Of a stretch of DNA of 64,000 nucleotides, positions 13,401 to 28,000 are shown piece after piece. The notes under the pieces were generated by a model. It did no database searches. It was not told the DNA's origin and worked only from the letters and a program-made list of their open reading frames with translations. Positions within the stretch are counted from its first letter, which is position 1. The number at the start of each line of letters is the position of its first letter. Location of the stretch: positions 20,522,001 through 20,586,000 of the forward strand of contig CP158635.1 of NCBI GenBank assembly GCA_050273025.1. Direction: 5' to 3'. A program made the translations under genes and the position numbers. The stretch is from Cenococcum geophilum. Taxonomy: Eukaryota.

Positions 13401-16400
13401 GTATAATTATATAATTAATTTAGAAGAAGGTAAGTAACCGCTAAACCTTCTTATTTATAACCTTTCGCGTAAAGAGCTTAAGATCCTACGGGAGTACCTT
13501 AATAGCTTACTGGAAAAGGGATGGATCTAGCCTAGTAAGTTGCCGTTAGGCGCGCCGATTCTCTTTATCCTAAAACTAGATGGAACTATAAGGCTATGCG
13601 TAAACTATCGCGGTCTTAATAAGATTATAATTAAGAACTGTTACCTACTACTACTAGTTAGTAAAATGCTAGATTAACTATTTAGGGCGAAGATCTTTAT
13701 AAAGTTAGATCTATAAGACGCCTATTATAGGCTCCGTATTAAAGAAGGGGATAAGTAGAAGACCGCTTTTAAGACCTAACACGGCCACTTTAAGTATTTG
13801 GTGATGCCTTTTGGGCTAGCTAATGCGCCTATAATATTCTAATTATATATTTACAGAGCCTTAGGGGGACTAGTTAACCGTATATACGTCGTCTATTTAG
13901 ATAATATCTTAATTTACTTAGAAGACGAGGATTAATACGAGCAACACGTCCGCGAAGTGCTGGAACGTTTAGATAATTAAAGCCTCTACGCTAAGGCGTT
14001 AAAGTATGTCTTTAATACTAAGCAGGTTAAGTTCCTGGGGTATATTATAACGCCTATAGGTGTAGTTATAGACCTAGTAAGGGTGTAGATAATTTAGGAG
14101 TGGCCGGAGCTAAAGAGCTACTAGGATGTTTAAGTGTTCCTAAGCTTTGCTAATTTCTATAGGCGCTTTATTTATAACTACTTAAATATTACCTAATACT
14201 TATCTAACTATATTGCGGAAGCTTCCTAAGACCTAACCTAAGGAGCAAAAAGCTTAAAGGCGGTAAGGAAGAAAACTAAAAAGGGATTAACTAAATAGTA
14301 TAAGCTATAGTTATAGCCCGGAAAGGTTTAGGAGGCCTTTTGGAAACTTTACGCGAAATTTACAAAAGCTTTATTGCTGCGGCATTTTAACCTAAATTAG
14401 CTATTGATGATAATTACTAATATATTGAATTTTGCCCTTGCTGGTATCCTACTATAACCTAATAGGTATCTGGACGCTACCTAGCTCTATTAGAGACTAG
14501 TAGTATTTTATAATAGAAAATTCTAGGGACTTAAAGTTAGGTATTATACCTACGATAAGGAACTGCTGGCTATAGTTAACTGCTTTAAACAGTGGCGACA
14601 CTACCTTAAGTACGCAAGCTATACTACTTATATACTCTTAGATCACTATAATCTACGCTACTTTATAACTATAAAGGAGCTTATACCTTAATAAGCTAGA
14701 TAGGTAGAGGAGCTTATATAATTTGATTTTGAGATTAAATATAAGCTAGGGGAAAACAACCCTGCTGATGGACCGTCACGACGGCTAGACTATGCTAAAG
14801 GCTTTAAAACGGGAGAAGGAAAATAGATAATAGATATCTTACTTCTTATATTGCAGAATAAGCTCCGGGTGTAGGATACTTAAGTACCTATAGCTCTATG
14901 CACTAAGTCTTAGGTAGTGTAAGCCCTATTAGTTTCTACTGATGTTTCGGCTAGTACCTGGTCTATTGCTAATAAGGGTCCGAATATACCTAAACAGGAC
15001 GTCCCTAATATATTTTTGGAACCTAGTAATATACCATTTCTAATTGCTAAGCTATCCCCTTAAATAAATAGCGAAGCTATAGAGTAATTGGAACTCGGAG
15101 CCCTGTAATAACTAAAGGACTTTAACCTTGTAGCGGCCTTTCTAACGCACGCGTATTAAAGAGTTGTAAGATCTATGGTATTATTTAGTTTTATACTTAG
15201 AGTAGTACGGGATAAAATAGCTTTTACCTAAAAACTATCCAAAAGTTTAATAGATCTTATCCATGAGGTGTAACGGAGGGACGCTTTTTATGCTATCCTT
15301 AATACGGAAGTAGACTGGAAACGTAATAGAAAGGAAGCTGCTAGGCGCTACTATTAGGAACTGGACCCAATGGGCCTACTACGTAAAGGTGGTAAGGTTT
15401 GGGTGCTATAAGAAGTAAATCTATAATAGAAGATTCTTATAAAGAATCACGATAATCCCCTGGGCGGCTACTATAGTTAAGTAAAAATAGTGGAATTACT
15501 TTAGCGTAAATACTATTGGCTAAGGCTTAATTAGGAAGTAAAGGAGTATATTAGCTATTGCGAGAAGTGTTAAGTATATAAGATCCGTAGGTATAAGCTA
15601 TAGGGTCTACTTAAATTAGTTCCCCCCACTAGTAAGCTATAGCGATATTACGCCATAGACTTTATTACGGATCTCCCGCTATCTAAAGATAGCTAAGGAC
15701 GAATATATAATTTGGTTTTTATACTTATTAATAGGTTTTTAAAGTACGTTTAATACCTTCCTATTAATAAGACGATTAATGTATAAGAGCTTACCAACCT
15801 AATTAAGGAGAAATGCTTTCTTAAAGTAGATTAGCCACACTCTATTATTACTAATAGGGGTAGTGTCTTTATAAGCTAATACTGGTCAGACCTATGCTTC
15901 TATTTAAAGATAGACTACTAGTATAGTATGGCTTTCTATTTATAGATAGATGGGTAAATAGAATGCTAGAACTAGGAACTGAAGTCTTACCTACGGATGT
16001 ATTTAAACTACTAGTAAGATAACTGGTGCGAGCTACTTCCGTACGCGGAGTACGCTTATAATTTAAAGCAATATATATTATATAAGTATGCACCAATCTA
16101 GATTGCCTATGGCGTTTAACTATTTGGGTTTAATAGTATACCTAATAATTACTAGCTAAGGCCGTATAATTAGTTATAGGATCTTACCGGGAAGTTAAAG
16201 GATATCTATTAGAGAGTATAAGGATACCTTTAGGAATAGGAGGAGTAATGAAAGAATGCGAAGTAGAGCCTATAAGATGCCTAAGAGTAGTAAAGACTTT
16301 AGTATAACCGCAAGCACTAGGATAAGCATTTTGGAGTAGGCGATGAGGTTTTATTACGTTTAATGAATATTAAGACCTGTTAACTATTAAAGAAGCTTAA

Positions 16401-19351
16401 TGCAAGATATCTAGGTCCCTTTTAAGTTAAGGAATAAATTAGTAAGCTAGCCTATTATCTCTAGCTACCCCTATCTATAGCCTATATATATTTAGTGTTT
16501 TATATAAACCTACTAGAGCTATAGCATAGACTACTACTAGAAAAGAACTTCCGTTTAGGCCCAATTAAACACCCTAAGGTGGTGGGTAAGTGGTACGAGG
16601 TTGAAGCTATACTATACTATAAGTCTGTTAAGAACAAGCTTTAATTTAAAGTTAAATGGCTAGGCTGGCCCGCTAAGGACTCTATATAGAAACTAGAGGA
16701 TTACCTTAATTATTATAAAGATATTCTAAAAGAATATTGGGACCAAGGTTTATAATCTATAAGTCGCAGAAAGCGCTCTAATACTACGGTGTTATTGCGA
16801 CCTATAAAGAAAGCTCGCGAAAAGAGTAAATAGGTTAAATTGGATATGGAACGGATAGGCTTTAGAAACTATAGGGATAGGGCTACGGCCTAAGGCAGAA
16901 TAGGTCCTTAGCCTTTTCACGTATATAGCATAGAGTTGATAGGGCATTTTGCTAGAATTGTATTCCTATTTATTAATCTATACTAGGAATATTATTTCTA
17001 GGGCTTCTAAGCCCTTTTTAAAAGCTTTATAAGGCCTTCCCAAGCACCTAATTAAGGTCCTTAATTGCTACTATATATAAAAATGAATCCTAAAAGTCCA
17101 AACTATAAATGCCTAATTTGAAAAGCCATTACGCCTTATTATTATTAGGAGTAGAATTAGTGTCCATCGGGCTACTAAGTGATGGCTAATAAGAATGGGA
17201 TCTAGATACCTTAGTAGGTATACGAGTAGGCATAAAAATAGGGGTAGGATAATAAGGTGTAGCTAGAGTAAAGACTCTTAAACACTTAATACTAATATTA
17301 GGTCTAAACCAATACTAACGAAGCTCTTGCGGCGTAAGCTTATAGTTAATAAAGACACGCTTAAGCCTAGAATAAACAGAGACGTTAGCTGGCTAGTATA
17401 GTTTAGAACCACCAAGACCTCGCTATAGCAACTGTTAGTTACCTATCCGCTAGGTATCTAAAGGGTAACCTACCTAATACTGTATTATGTTATGCTCTTT
17501 CGAAACTTAACGCGTATGCGCGAACTTCTTTCTGTAGTAGATAGCGACCTTCTTTTTATCACCCCTATTACGCACCCTATCCTTAATATACTAACCTTAC
17601 TCTCGCATTAGGCGTTACTAGTTAGCTTGCTGGGAATTATGGGCAGTGTAGATAGCCGTGGTATAGTCTCGAATTTAGCTAAGTCGTTTAGTATTTATAC
17701 TGGAATGAGAGAGAGCCTGGGCGATGTAGTAGTTAAGGACATTAAAGAAACGTCGCTACTTAGGCCTAGGCTATTGAAGCTTAAAGTTAGCAATGGAAAT
17801 CTATTAAGGATAGAAAAACTTACCTTAATGTAACTGCCGCTTTTAGTACGTATATATTAATTATAAGGACTAAAGGTATTAAATCTAATATAGTACGTTA
17901 TTATAAGCCTCTAGAATCCTGTCATTAGTTTTCTGGTCTTTTAAAGACGTATAGGTAAAATTATTTAGGTAGGACCAGCACTAGTTGCGAGTTAGCGGAG
18001 GTTGGGGTTTTATATATAAAGGTAAGGCTAGAATACGCTGTGGAATCTGCTTAGAAGAGCAGTTAGTAGAAGAATAAAGAGGTATATTAAATTAATGATG
18101 GAAAAGAAGAAAATCTTAATAATATATTAAAGATACGTCCAAAATTGGACGACGGTTAATGGCGAGAAGTAAGGTGTTTAAGAAAAGAAGTAGCTTGATA
18201 AGTAAGGTATCTTTATACTTTACCTTCTAATACCCTTTTGGTAAATAGCCGCAACTTTACCGATATAACTTTATTACAATAGCGCTATTTAAAAGGAAGG
18301 AAACACGCGTATAAGTTATTTAACTATTACTTCCTTATAAAAACTGACTACGCGGCTAGGGGAAGGCAATTAAGACGTTAAATTAAAGATGTATATGGGT
18401 TAAATTAGACCTAAAATAATACTATAGTATTAAAGAACAACGTTATAGACGTTCTTAACAATCGTATAATAGCTATAATTACTATTATAAAATGTCCCTG
18501 TTTGCTAGGTAGTAGAGCTACGCTAAATATATAGTATAGGACTACTAGATTTAAAAGCATATACACTAAATCTTAAGAGATAAGTCTCTTTAACTAACTA
18601 ATTGATACCTTAACCGCATCTAATAGCCTAAGGGTAAATGTAGAAGTAATGTGTTAGTGACGTAGAGGATTATAAGAAAAGGATTATAAGAAAGAATTAT
18701 AGACTATATCTTAGTAGTTAAAGATAATGGTAAGCTAAGGCTCTGTACGTTAAATCCTATACTAAAAGGTTCTACGGAACTATACTAGAATACTAAATTA
18801 CTTATAATACTTATAATTAATTACAGACTAGTATAAAGGCTTAGAAGCAGAGTTGTATAAAAATCCCTATATTAGCTTAGGTAGTTACTAGTATACTTCT
18901 AAAAGGCTTCCGATAGGTTTTTTAGCAATCCTTACGTCTTTTCTCCAGTTATGTTTTTTCCTTATTAAGGTTTTTTAGGAGTTTAAAGTAGGGGTTAGAT
19001 AGATAGATAATATATAGCGGTATGCCGACACCTCTTTAATATCTCTCCGAACCTCTTCTGGGACGAGCCCTTATAATCTCCCTACTATAAAGTAATGGCG
19101 ATTGGGGGCTGACCGTAAGAAGGGGGGGGGGCAATGTAAGGGATATTATTGTGGACACCTTGGGTTGCCCTTAGGACAACCCCTAAACGCCCCTTAGATA
19201 GTTGCCGGTTATATACCGGAGGCACGTACCCGTAGTATATAGTCTCTACAATCCCAGAGGCCTTACCTCCTTAAGGATTTATCTCTTTTACCAATCTATT
19301 CTATTCCACAATCGTGTCCTTATAGCCCCCTATCTATAAAATCCCCTTACA
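10434..19351 (+). mobile_element. Full-length Ty3/Gypsy chromovirus-type LTR retrotransposon, RIP-inactivated
   Basis: 217-bp LTRs 10434-10650 and 19135-19351; TSD CTCCG; G-rich PPT. Protease ~12530, RT YLDD ~13894, RNase H, integrase, chromodomain ~16590-16740. Confidence 0.96.
16990..18150 (-). pseudogene. Putative antisense multi-exon accessory gene in the long 3' region of the Gypsy element
   Basis: Canonical fungal introns on minus strand at 17771-17823 (GTAAGT..GCTAAC..TAG) and 17432-17473 (GTAGGT..ACTAAC AG). Exons stay in frame apart from RIP-type stops. Boundaries approximate. Confidence 0.5.
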
Positions 19352-22300
19352 CTCCGGGTCGGGCTGTAGCCCTTAAGCGATCGCGAATAATCTAAGAGCC
19401 GTAGCTCTTAAAGTAAGTAGTAGCTTATAAGACCACCTACGATCTTAATAAGCCGTAGCTCTTAGACAAGCTATAGCTCTAAGGCGGGCCGTAGCTCTAA
19501 GAGACAATCGCCTGTGATTAGGTCTTAATAGCCCTATATCTAACAACCGGAGAGTCTCTGGGTCGGGCCGTAACCCTTAGGCGAGCTGTAGCTCTTAAGG
19601 TAAGCCGCAGCTTATAAGATCGCAAGGATCTCTAAGCCGAAGCTCTTAGGTAAGCCGTAGCTTACAAAACTACATAGGATCTTTGAGCTGAAGCTTAGGG
19701 TTATATTTGACCTTAGAAGAGCATAGTAGTAGCTATAGCTTTAGAAGCTAGCCGTTAGTTCTTTAGATGGCCATTGAATAGCAATCGGATAGCCTTTAGG
19801 GTAGCTATATTTCTTTAAGGACGTTTAACCTTCTAAGCTCTATTGGTGGCACTGCCCTACGCAAGTAAACCGTGGTTGGCCTATAGAGTATTTATTGGGT
19901 TTCCTTACCACCGCCTTACTACTGTCTTGGTCAGCGACTCGGTTAACAACTTGGTCACCGACGTAGTCTACTACCCTTTCTTCCTTATGTATATATAGAG
20001 GCTATAGAGCCACATTTAATAGACAGAGTCCTTATTCCTTACTTACTTATTAGTGCACGGACTACTGATCGATAGTTATAAGCCTGGGTGACTTGCTATA
20101 TTGCACCTATTTAGCTAATTAAATTAATTAATTTAATTGATTCTACCCCTTATTAAATTGCTGTTTACTATTAAATCCTTTATTTGTCTTTATAAGCACC
20201 TTATAATATAACTTCTTAACCTAACTAAGCTAATTAAGACGAATGGATTAACCTAATTAGGCTTTAAGCCCGAACAGAAGACGTATAAAAATACATTAAC
20301 TCCTTAACTAAATGGGGTTAGTTGCCCTAATTACTTAAACTAGTCTTTTCTAGGCCTTAAGATATAAAGCTAGAAATAACCTTATATGCAGCTCTCTTTA
20401 AGGATAAAAAAGACGAGTTTTAAATTCTCTATAAGAGGTATAAGATAGTAAAGAAGGAATATAAAAAGTAGAAAGTAGCTTTAACTTCCCTATAAAGCTA
20501 TATTACTAGTATAGTGGCCAGGAACCTTAACACTTATATACTAGGTATTAACTCGGTATACAATATACTAGTAGCTCTTAAGGAGAGGGTTGCCCCTACT
20601 AATACAGCATATTAGCTCTACCTATCTACTTAATACACTAAGGTTAAAAAGGGCCTAAAGAACTAAAACTTCGAGGCCTGGTTATAGCAGTAGGAGAAAA
20701 CGTATAACGACTGTTAGAAGATTAACCTGCTAAACGTATACGGCGACTAAGTAATTAGAGACTTTCTAATAGTGGTAAAGCTAGTATTACTAAATTAGGC
20801 CTTAACGTAGAGGGTTAAATTTAATAAATACGACTAGGCTAATGATTATATAATATCTATATATTAACTAGTTAAAATATATTAGAACTATTAATAACTA
20901 AAAACTGCCTAGAAGAGAAGAAATTAGCTTAATACTAATATAGTAGGTTTCTAGGGCGAGTTAATTAATAGAGCTCGCAAGAATAAAGCTCCTAAGGCTC
21001 CTAAGGACAAGGCTCCTAAGATTATACCATTTAAGGCGTTATAGAAGAAAGACGCCCTATTATGCTACTGCGGAGCTATTTACTAGTTTTAGAACTATCC
21101 TTATATTAATAAATCGGTTTAATTAAAGAACTAGAAATTAAATAAAGCTACGGCTATAAATATTAAGGAAAAAATTATAAATGCTTTAGATTAGACCAAG
21201 TTAAAAATTTAAAAGATAAGGTAGTAGGCCTTAGATAAGGAAGCTTTATAAAAGGAAGCTATATAGAGCCTAGACGGAAATTGGGGGGAAGATAACAGTT
21301 CCTTTACTATATACTAAATAGGCGCCTATAAAGTAGGTACTAACTATAAGCTATATAATAGCGTAATTCTTAATAATAGAACTATAATATACGTTATTAA
21401 CAATTAATTAAGATTCGTTAATAAGCTTTAACTAAGTAATAACTTTATATATACTAGAATGGGTATAGATCTAGTTAAGGGTATAGGGATAGCAGTAATT
21501 ACTATCTAGACGCCATTAGGTCTTAAGAAGATCTTTTTAACTAACATAGTATATATAATAGCCTTTTATATAAATTTAGCCTACTTAAAGAAGTTTAATA
21601 ATAAGAATATATAGTGGGATAATAAGAAGAACGTACTATATAAAAAGGGTTATAATTAACCGTTCGTATATTATAAGTACTATTATAACCAATTAACCCT
21701 TAGGTATAATAAGCTAAAAGCCTTATTTATAATCTAATCGCGAGACCCTCTACCTAATTAAGAAGTAGTAGGAAGGCTTTAGTATAAGAAACTGGATTAT
21801 ATAGGACCCAATATAATTAAGTATCTACTCTAGAAGGTAGGTAGTACGAAGCTTTAAGGACTAGTAATAATTAACTATAAATCTTATACTATTAGCAAGG
21901 CTTATAAAATCGTATTAAAAAGAATACCTACTAATAAAGTAATAAGGCCCTTCTACTAAGTGTAGATTAGCTTATTTCTAAAAATCGTGACGTATAACGA
22001 TTATATCTAAACAATATATTTCTTTAATAAATTCTTATAGATAAATATGGTAGAGACCTTCGCCTATAAGTGATTATTAACGTAAATAATTATCCAATAT
22101 TTAAATAGGGTAAAGCGTTAATATAATTAAAAGATTAGGGTTATCCGAGTTAATAGCAAGACCTCCCTTAGTGGCAACTTCTATAGTTAGATAACCTAAA
22201 AAGGAATTACGGTAGAGCACTTAGCTCCATATATAAAGTCTTAGAATAGTTCTACTAAACGTTCTAAAGGGGCAATTATTATTAAGTCTTATTATATATA

Positions 22301-24432
22301 AATTAAAGCTTAATTACTAGAAGAGCTCTAATTAGAGATTATTAGAGCTATAACGTACTTAATTAATTAGACACTAAATTCTTAGCTTAGCTAGATAACA
22401 CCTTTTAAGAAGCTTTAGTTAGTACTAGGGCTTTTACCATTAAAGCTAAATATAGCCTATCTACGTGTATATAGCTATAGAGCTTACCTATTTAAATATA
22501 ACCTTTTATATACTTAAAAGCTTAAGCTAAAAGCTTATATTAGATACCTAGTTAAGTACTAGTTAACGAATTTCTTTAGGGTCTATATACCTAGTAAAAA
22601 AAAGTAATTTAAATAAGAGATATAACATTTAATAAGCAGTTGCTCTATAACAATAGTTAGCTAAATCTTACAAATCTACTCTAAAAACGCGCTAATTAAA
22701 TTTTGGAGGTAATTAACGTGTTATATATTAATAGGATATTTTAAAAAGAGCTTAATAAAATATTAAATAAGGATAATAAGACTTTAAATAAGATTTAAGT
22801 AGATAACAGTGGAAATTAATAGGCGGATTTTAGTAGAAATTAGAATTAAGTAACTAACTAAGATAATAATGTAATAAGCCTATAAACCTTAAAGGACAAT
22901 TTCCTACCTACCCTTTCTACCCTAGATAAAACGCTAGAACCTTAATTAATTCCTATTAAAAGATCCTTAAGCTCCTTAGCTCCCTCTACCTATTAACAAC
23001 CGTGTTATAAATACGTACCTATAAAGGATAACTTATAGGACGATAATGGCGCAGCTATTAAGGAAGCTAATATTATAAAAGGTAAATAATTAAGGAGGCT
23101 ACCTAAACGATACTTAGTTTATCTAACTTACCTTAAGGAAGTAAATAGCTATAAAGTACTTTAGACGGCCTTATATAGGCCTAAAATATTATAGGAAAAA
23201 TTATTATAATAAGCTACTACCTCTGTATAAGAGCTAGAAGAAGCTTCTAAAACACTAATATAGGGTAAAGTTTCTAGCTATAGCTATAAAAGAGTATATG
23301 GACCTAAAAGGTTGTAAAACGTTTAAGGTCGTAAATAAAACACTATCTATTAAAATCGTGCCTACTATATAGAAATTTATCTATAAAACGGACATTAACA
23401 ATTATCTAACAAAGTTTAAAGCATAACTCTACGTAAAAGGCAATTTGTAAGAGTTTATTTATAAAGACACCTATATAGCAACTCTAGCAGCTAAGGTCTT
23501 TAAAGCTCTTATAGTAGTTATTATAGCATTTAATTTGGACATTTGGTAGGATAACGCTATTAACGCGTTTATAAACAGCTTAATTAATAAAATAGTCTAT
23601 ATTAAGTATCCGGATGGATTTACTATTAAGGGCAAATATCTACTACTATGTAGAGCTCTCTATAGACTTTAACAATCGCCACGTCTCTAGTATAATAACT
23701 TAAGTTAGGAACCCACCAAATTAGGGTTAAAGCCTATTAGTAGAGAGCTGTGTCTTTACTATAATAATTAGCTAATTATATTCTTTTATATAGATAATAT
23801 CTATACTATATATACTAAGGAGAACTCATTAAGGCTTCTAAGCTTTAAAGGTGCACTTATAAAGAAATTATAGTAATATTTAATATAGGGGGGTTATATA
23901 ACGATAGGGGCGTATATAACCTTAGGGGCTTTTAGGGTACTAGCATTATTATTACCTCTTTTAGCTTCTATTATATCTTTTAGAGGTTATCCCTTATTTT
24001 CTATTAATACGTTCTTTTCTATACCGGTTAAATCTACGCGATTTAGATATTATCTATATTGCTATCTATCCCACTTTTATATATAAAGTCCTCCTTAAAT
24101 ATAGCGCTTTAGGAGAGTATCTTTATTAGTATAGAGTTCTTTCTAGCTTTATAGCGGGCGCCTTCTTAGATAAAGGCTAGGTTATAGGCCTAAATATCCT
24201 ACTAGTAGGTAGGGTTAGCCTTTATAGCTAGTGTCTTACAATTAGTTTAGATTTCCCTAATAAAGGAGGATAGTTTTAGTCTATCCTCCGGCTAAATAAA
24301 TTATCTTTATTATATATTTAGCTAAATATTTATTAGTTACACAGGGTGACTCACCAATAACGACTACTTAAGTAGGTTATAGTAATGTTGGTTAATAAAG
24401 CTTATTAATCGGAATGAGAAAGGGCGAGAAGC

Positions 24433-25024
24433 TTACCTTAGTGGACTCATACTAAGAAATCGATTGCGCTGGCGCGCTAAACTCCTTCGGATATTTGATC
24501 GATTTCTTAGTCTGAGGGACTTTGGCGAGATTTATATGAAAGCATAAGCTTTTTTTGTAAGGAAAACTTATAAACCCCAACAAAATTAATTAATCTCCCT
24601 ATAACGTATTTTAAGGTAAAAAATATATTAAATTACTCAGGAGATCTAGCTCTATAGATTATGAAATTTTAGGCTTTTTATACCTTACGTGGGCCCGTAT
24701 ATAAGGGTACGTAAAAGTGCTTATGCTTTTAACAACGGGAATTTTAACTTTAACGAAATTAATCTCAGATTTAGGAGGGGATATTATAATTCTAAAGCTG
24801 TTAGTATATAAAGTAGCCACCTAAGATATATCTATGAACTTTTAAAGACTTTATTTTATTACGTTGTAGAGGAAATCCCTATACAAAATTGCTAAAACTA
24901 AGATTTTTGCTTATGCTTTTAACAAAACTCGCCAAAGCCTCTCAGACGTGATTTTGCAATTCGGAAGACGGCGTAGGTTATTCCGACGCTAGCTAAAAAA
25001 TCACGTCTGAGCTCGCTGAGGTAA
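24433..25024. mobile_element. MITE with long composite TIRs inserted in the Copia 3' LTR (possibly Mutator-like)
   Basis: Termini TTACCTTAG / CTGAGGTAA; duplicated target GCGAGAAGC (24424-24432, 25025-25033). The uninterrupted sister LTR gives the empty site. Confidence 0.85.
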
Positions 25025-28000
25025 GCGAGAAGCCTAAGACTCCTCGCTACGCTAGTGCCGCGGCGTTACATAACGACCGCTTGCCTCATTCCCAACACTA
25101 GCAACTCTTCTTTTATAGTTACTATCTATATATAAATACTGCTTAACTAATATAATAAATATTAATTCTCTTTACTTACTATTACTATTATAAGATAAGT
25201 CTCGCTGTTCTAAAATTTGCCTCTTAGTATATAGTGCTTTCTTACTTAAAGTCGTAGGTAAATATTATATTGGGGCCGCTAAGGCGCTAGTTATAAGCGA
25301 GCTAATAGCAATTTTCTATACTGGGTATAGAAAATCCTAATTAGCTAGTTAAAATTAGGGTCTATAGAATATTATACTTCCCCCTTTAGAAAAGTCTTAG
25401 TAAGAGAATCTAACTAATTAGATAACTTTAACCGCTGGTTAAAGTTCCTGGATATCTTAAGACCTTATATAACTAAGAAATTTCTAGAGACTCCCTTTTA
25501 ACCTAACCTTTAACTTATATATATAGAGTATTTATATTAATAAACGTCTCTAGTACCTTATTTGGGTTTGCCTTCGTTATTATATCTACTAGATTATCTT
25601 AGCTATTAATCTATTAAATCTTAAAGAGTTCTTAACGCTTATAGGATTGCTAAAGTGCCATAATATTAATTATAAGGCGCTTCTCCTTTATAGTACTAAG
25701 CTTAACTAAATACTTATAGAGGGAATATAAGTCGGTGTATACGATTATAGGGATAACAGGAAGTTTAAGTTAATCTATAATTATCTTTAGGGTAGTTCTA
25801 ATTATAATTGCTATATTAACTCTGCTAACTATTCTATATATCTCTAACGCTAGAACGCTTTAAGTAATATATTTACTCTTAGTTAAGCTTTAATAGATAA
25901 AATTACCGTAAATTATAAAGTTATTCTCTCTAGTAGATTTATTTATAATAATAATTTTATATCTTAGCTAAGAGCTAAAATCTTTATTATTTATAAACGA
26001 TCTATTAATAAATACAAAGAGCTTAGCGGTAGGAAGATTAATAGGCACGTAGAGTAATCCCCAATTAAGATGGTTTATTTACTAGGAAAAACGCTTATTT
26101 AGGGCAAGAATATTATCCTTAGTTGGTTCCTAGTATTAAGCGGTAACAGAGAGATCAAATAAAGCCTTAGGTTAATAGATAGAAGCAATATAAGCTCTAC
26201 AAGCGCGTTACTTTATATATCCTTACTTTAGAGAATTAACGTTAATAATATTAATCTTCTTACCTTAACCCTTCTAGCGTAAAGCAATAGAATCCTTATT
26301 TAGGGAGAGGATATATCTATTAAAGAGTAATAGTGTTATTAAATTAAGCTTTTCCTTTAGCTTTACTATAAGATTTACCTTTATTAGCTCGTTTTCTTTA
26401 AGAGCTAAGAACTAGTTATCTCTTAAGATAATTATATCGTTAGTTTATATGCCGATAATTTTAAATAGAGTTCCTATAGTTATAATAAAGAAGTAGGGGT
26501 TAAATATAGAAGTAGTTATTAAAAGCTTCTCTTTATAGTGCTTACTGTAAGTAGCCTACTAGTAAGTTTCTACCTCTACAATTCTATATAATGGCTTAAG
26601 CATAACTATAATTATATCTTTAGGATACTGGTAGCGAATTTGCTCTAAAAGGTATACTAATATTAAGCGCTAAAGGTATATCTCTAATTGGGTGTAGGCT
26701 TAAGTAATATCTTATAAATAAACCGCTATTCTATTCTTTATTAAGGAGGGAGCTAGCGCAATAATAACTTACTAACTAGCTTATTAAATCGTAGGAGATT
26801 ATATAAGAATTACCTCCTTACTATTATTATTATAACCTTAAATAATAAGCCTTAATTTCTTAAATAGGGCGTTAGTAGCTTTACCCTTAATCTCGTTAAC
26901 CATTCTTAACTTAAAGATGCGAACTCTATCAAACTTAGTAGGGTTATACTTCTTAAATTTAAAGACTTCTCTTATAATAAGACTATCGATCTCCTACTTA
27001 TTAGATGCTTAAAAAGGAGCTCCTAGAGTTATAATACGACCTTTTTTTAAAGCTGTTTTGCAAGTTTAAAGTTAGCCTTCTCCTTAGCTGTTATAAAGGC
27101 TATTAATAGCTTAACTCTATTCTTAATAGCAGCAATAAATTGCTCTTTAAAATTAACAAAATATTAGCGATTTTATAATCCCTTTAGGCAACCTCTACCG
27201 CGTTATGGTTACGGCGTATCTAACTATAATTATATTAGGATTATAGTCGCCTTCTAGAGCATATTAATTATGGTTCTCCTTTAGGGCATTTTCTATAGTA
27301 TCCTACAAAGGCTTAGAACTGTTATTTTTATAGTAAGGCTTAATAATAGTTAAATAGAATTAAGTGGGTTTATAAGGTATTTAAATAGTATAAGTCTAAC
27401 TATTAATTATAATAAGTTAATATAGGCTTAACTATTCTCCCTTTTTACGCTATACGCGTATCTTAAACTAGAGTGGCAGATTAAATATAGTTAAGGTATT
27501 TAGGCTATTTCTTATTCCTAGTATATTATTAACCTAGCGTATAACATAGAGATATTATACCTCCTTTATTGCCTTATAAATAGCCTTAGCTTATTATATA
27601 ATAGAGGGAGATAGTAGAGAATTATTAGTTATTTAAGGGTAGGCGCTAAAGACTAGTAACGTAGGTACGAGTCTATTTAGGCCAGCGGAATTATTAATAG
27701 CTTTAATAGCTATTTGCAAGGTAAGTTTTTTGCTAGCGTTCTCTAGTTTTAAAGAGATAATCTTATATACGCGGCGTAATAGCGTATAATATCGCTCCAC
27801 TTTTTTAATACTATTATGTGCCTTAATAGGGACTTCCTTAACCTTAATTGCTATTACCTTTATCTATTATTAAAACTCTATAGATAAGAAGTTCTTTTCT
27901 ATATTATAGACGATTTAATTAGGGGGTCTTAGGTAGATATTAATCTAGTATAATTAAAGGGTATTTTATGCGTTCCTAGCTAATATATCCTTTAAAAAAC

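Larger units (their letters stand above)
10130..19720. repeat. Degenerate tandem-repeat tract (GAGCCGTAGCTCTTAAG-like subunits within ~200-bp units) split by a Gypsy insertion
   Basis: Homologous segments at 10161-10215, 10376-10433 and 19500-19570; recurrent GCCGTAGCT motifs in 19352-19700. Confidence 0.65.

Noticed and set aside
19352..19700. CRISPR-like repeat array
   Set aside because: Eukaryotic context, degenerate irregular repeats, no unique equal-length spacers and no cas genes.
9895..19715. Possible TIR pair (TAAGGGTCAAAATAACCC / GGGTTATATTTGACCTTA)
   Set aside because: The match needs indels, no TSD is evident, and the left copy is better explained as the end of the LTR at 9738-9916.
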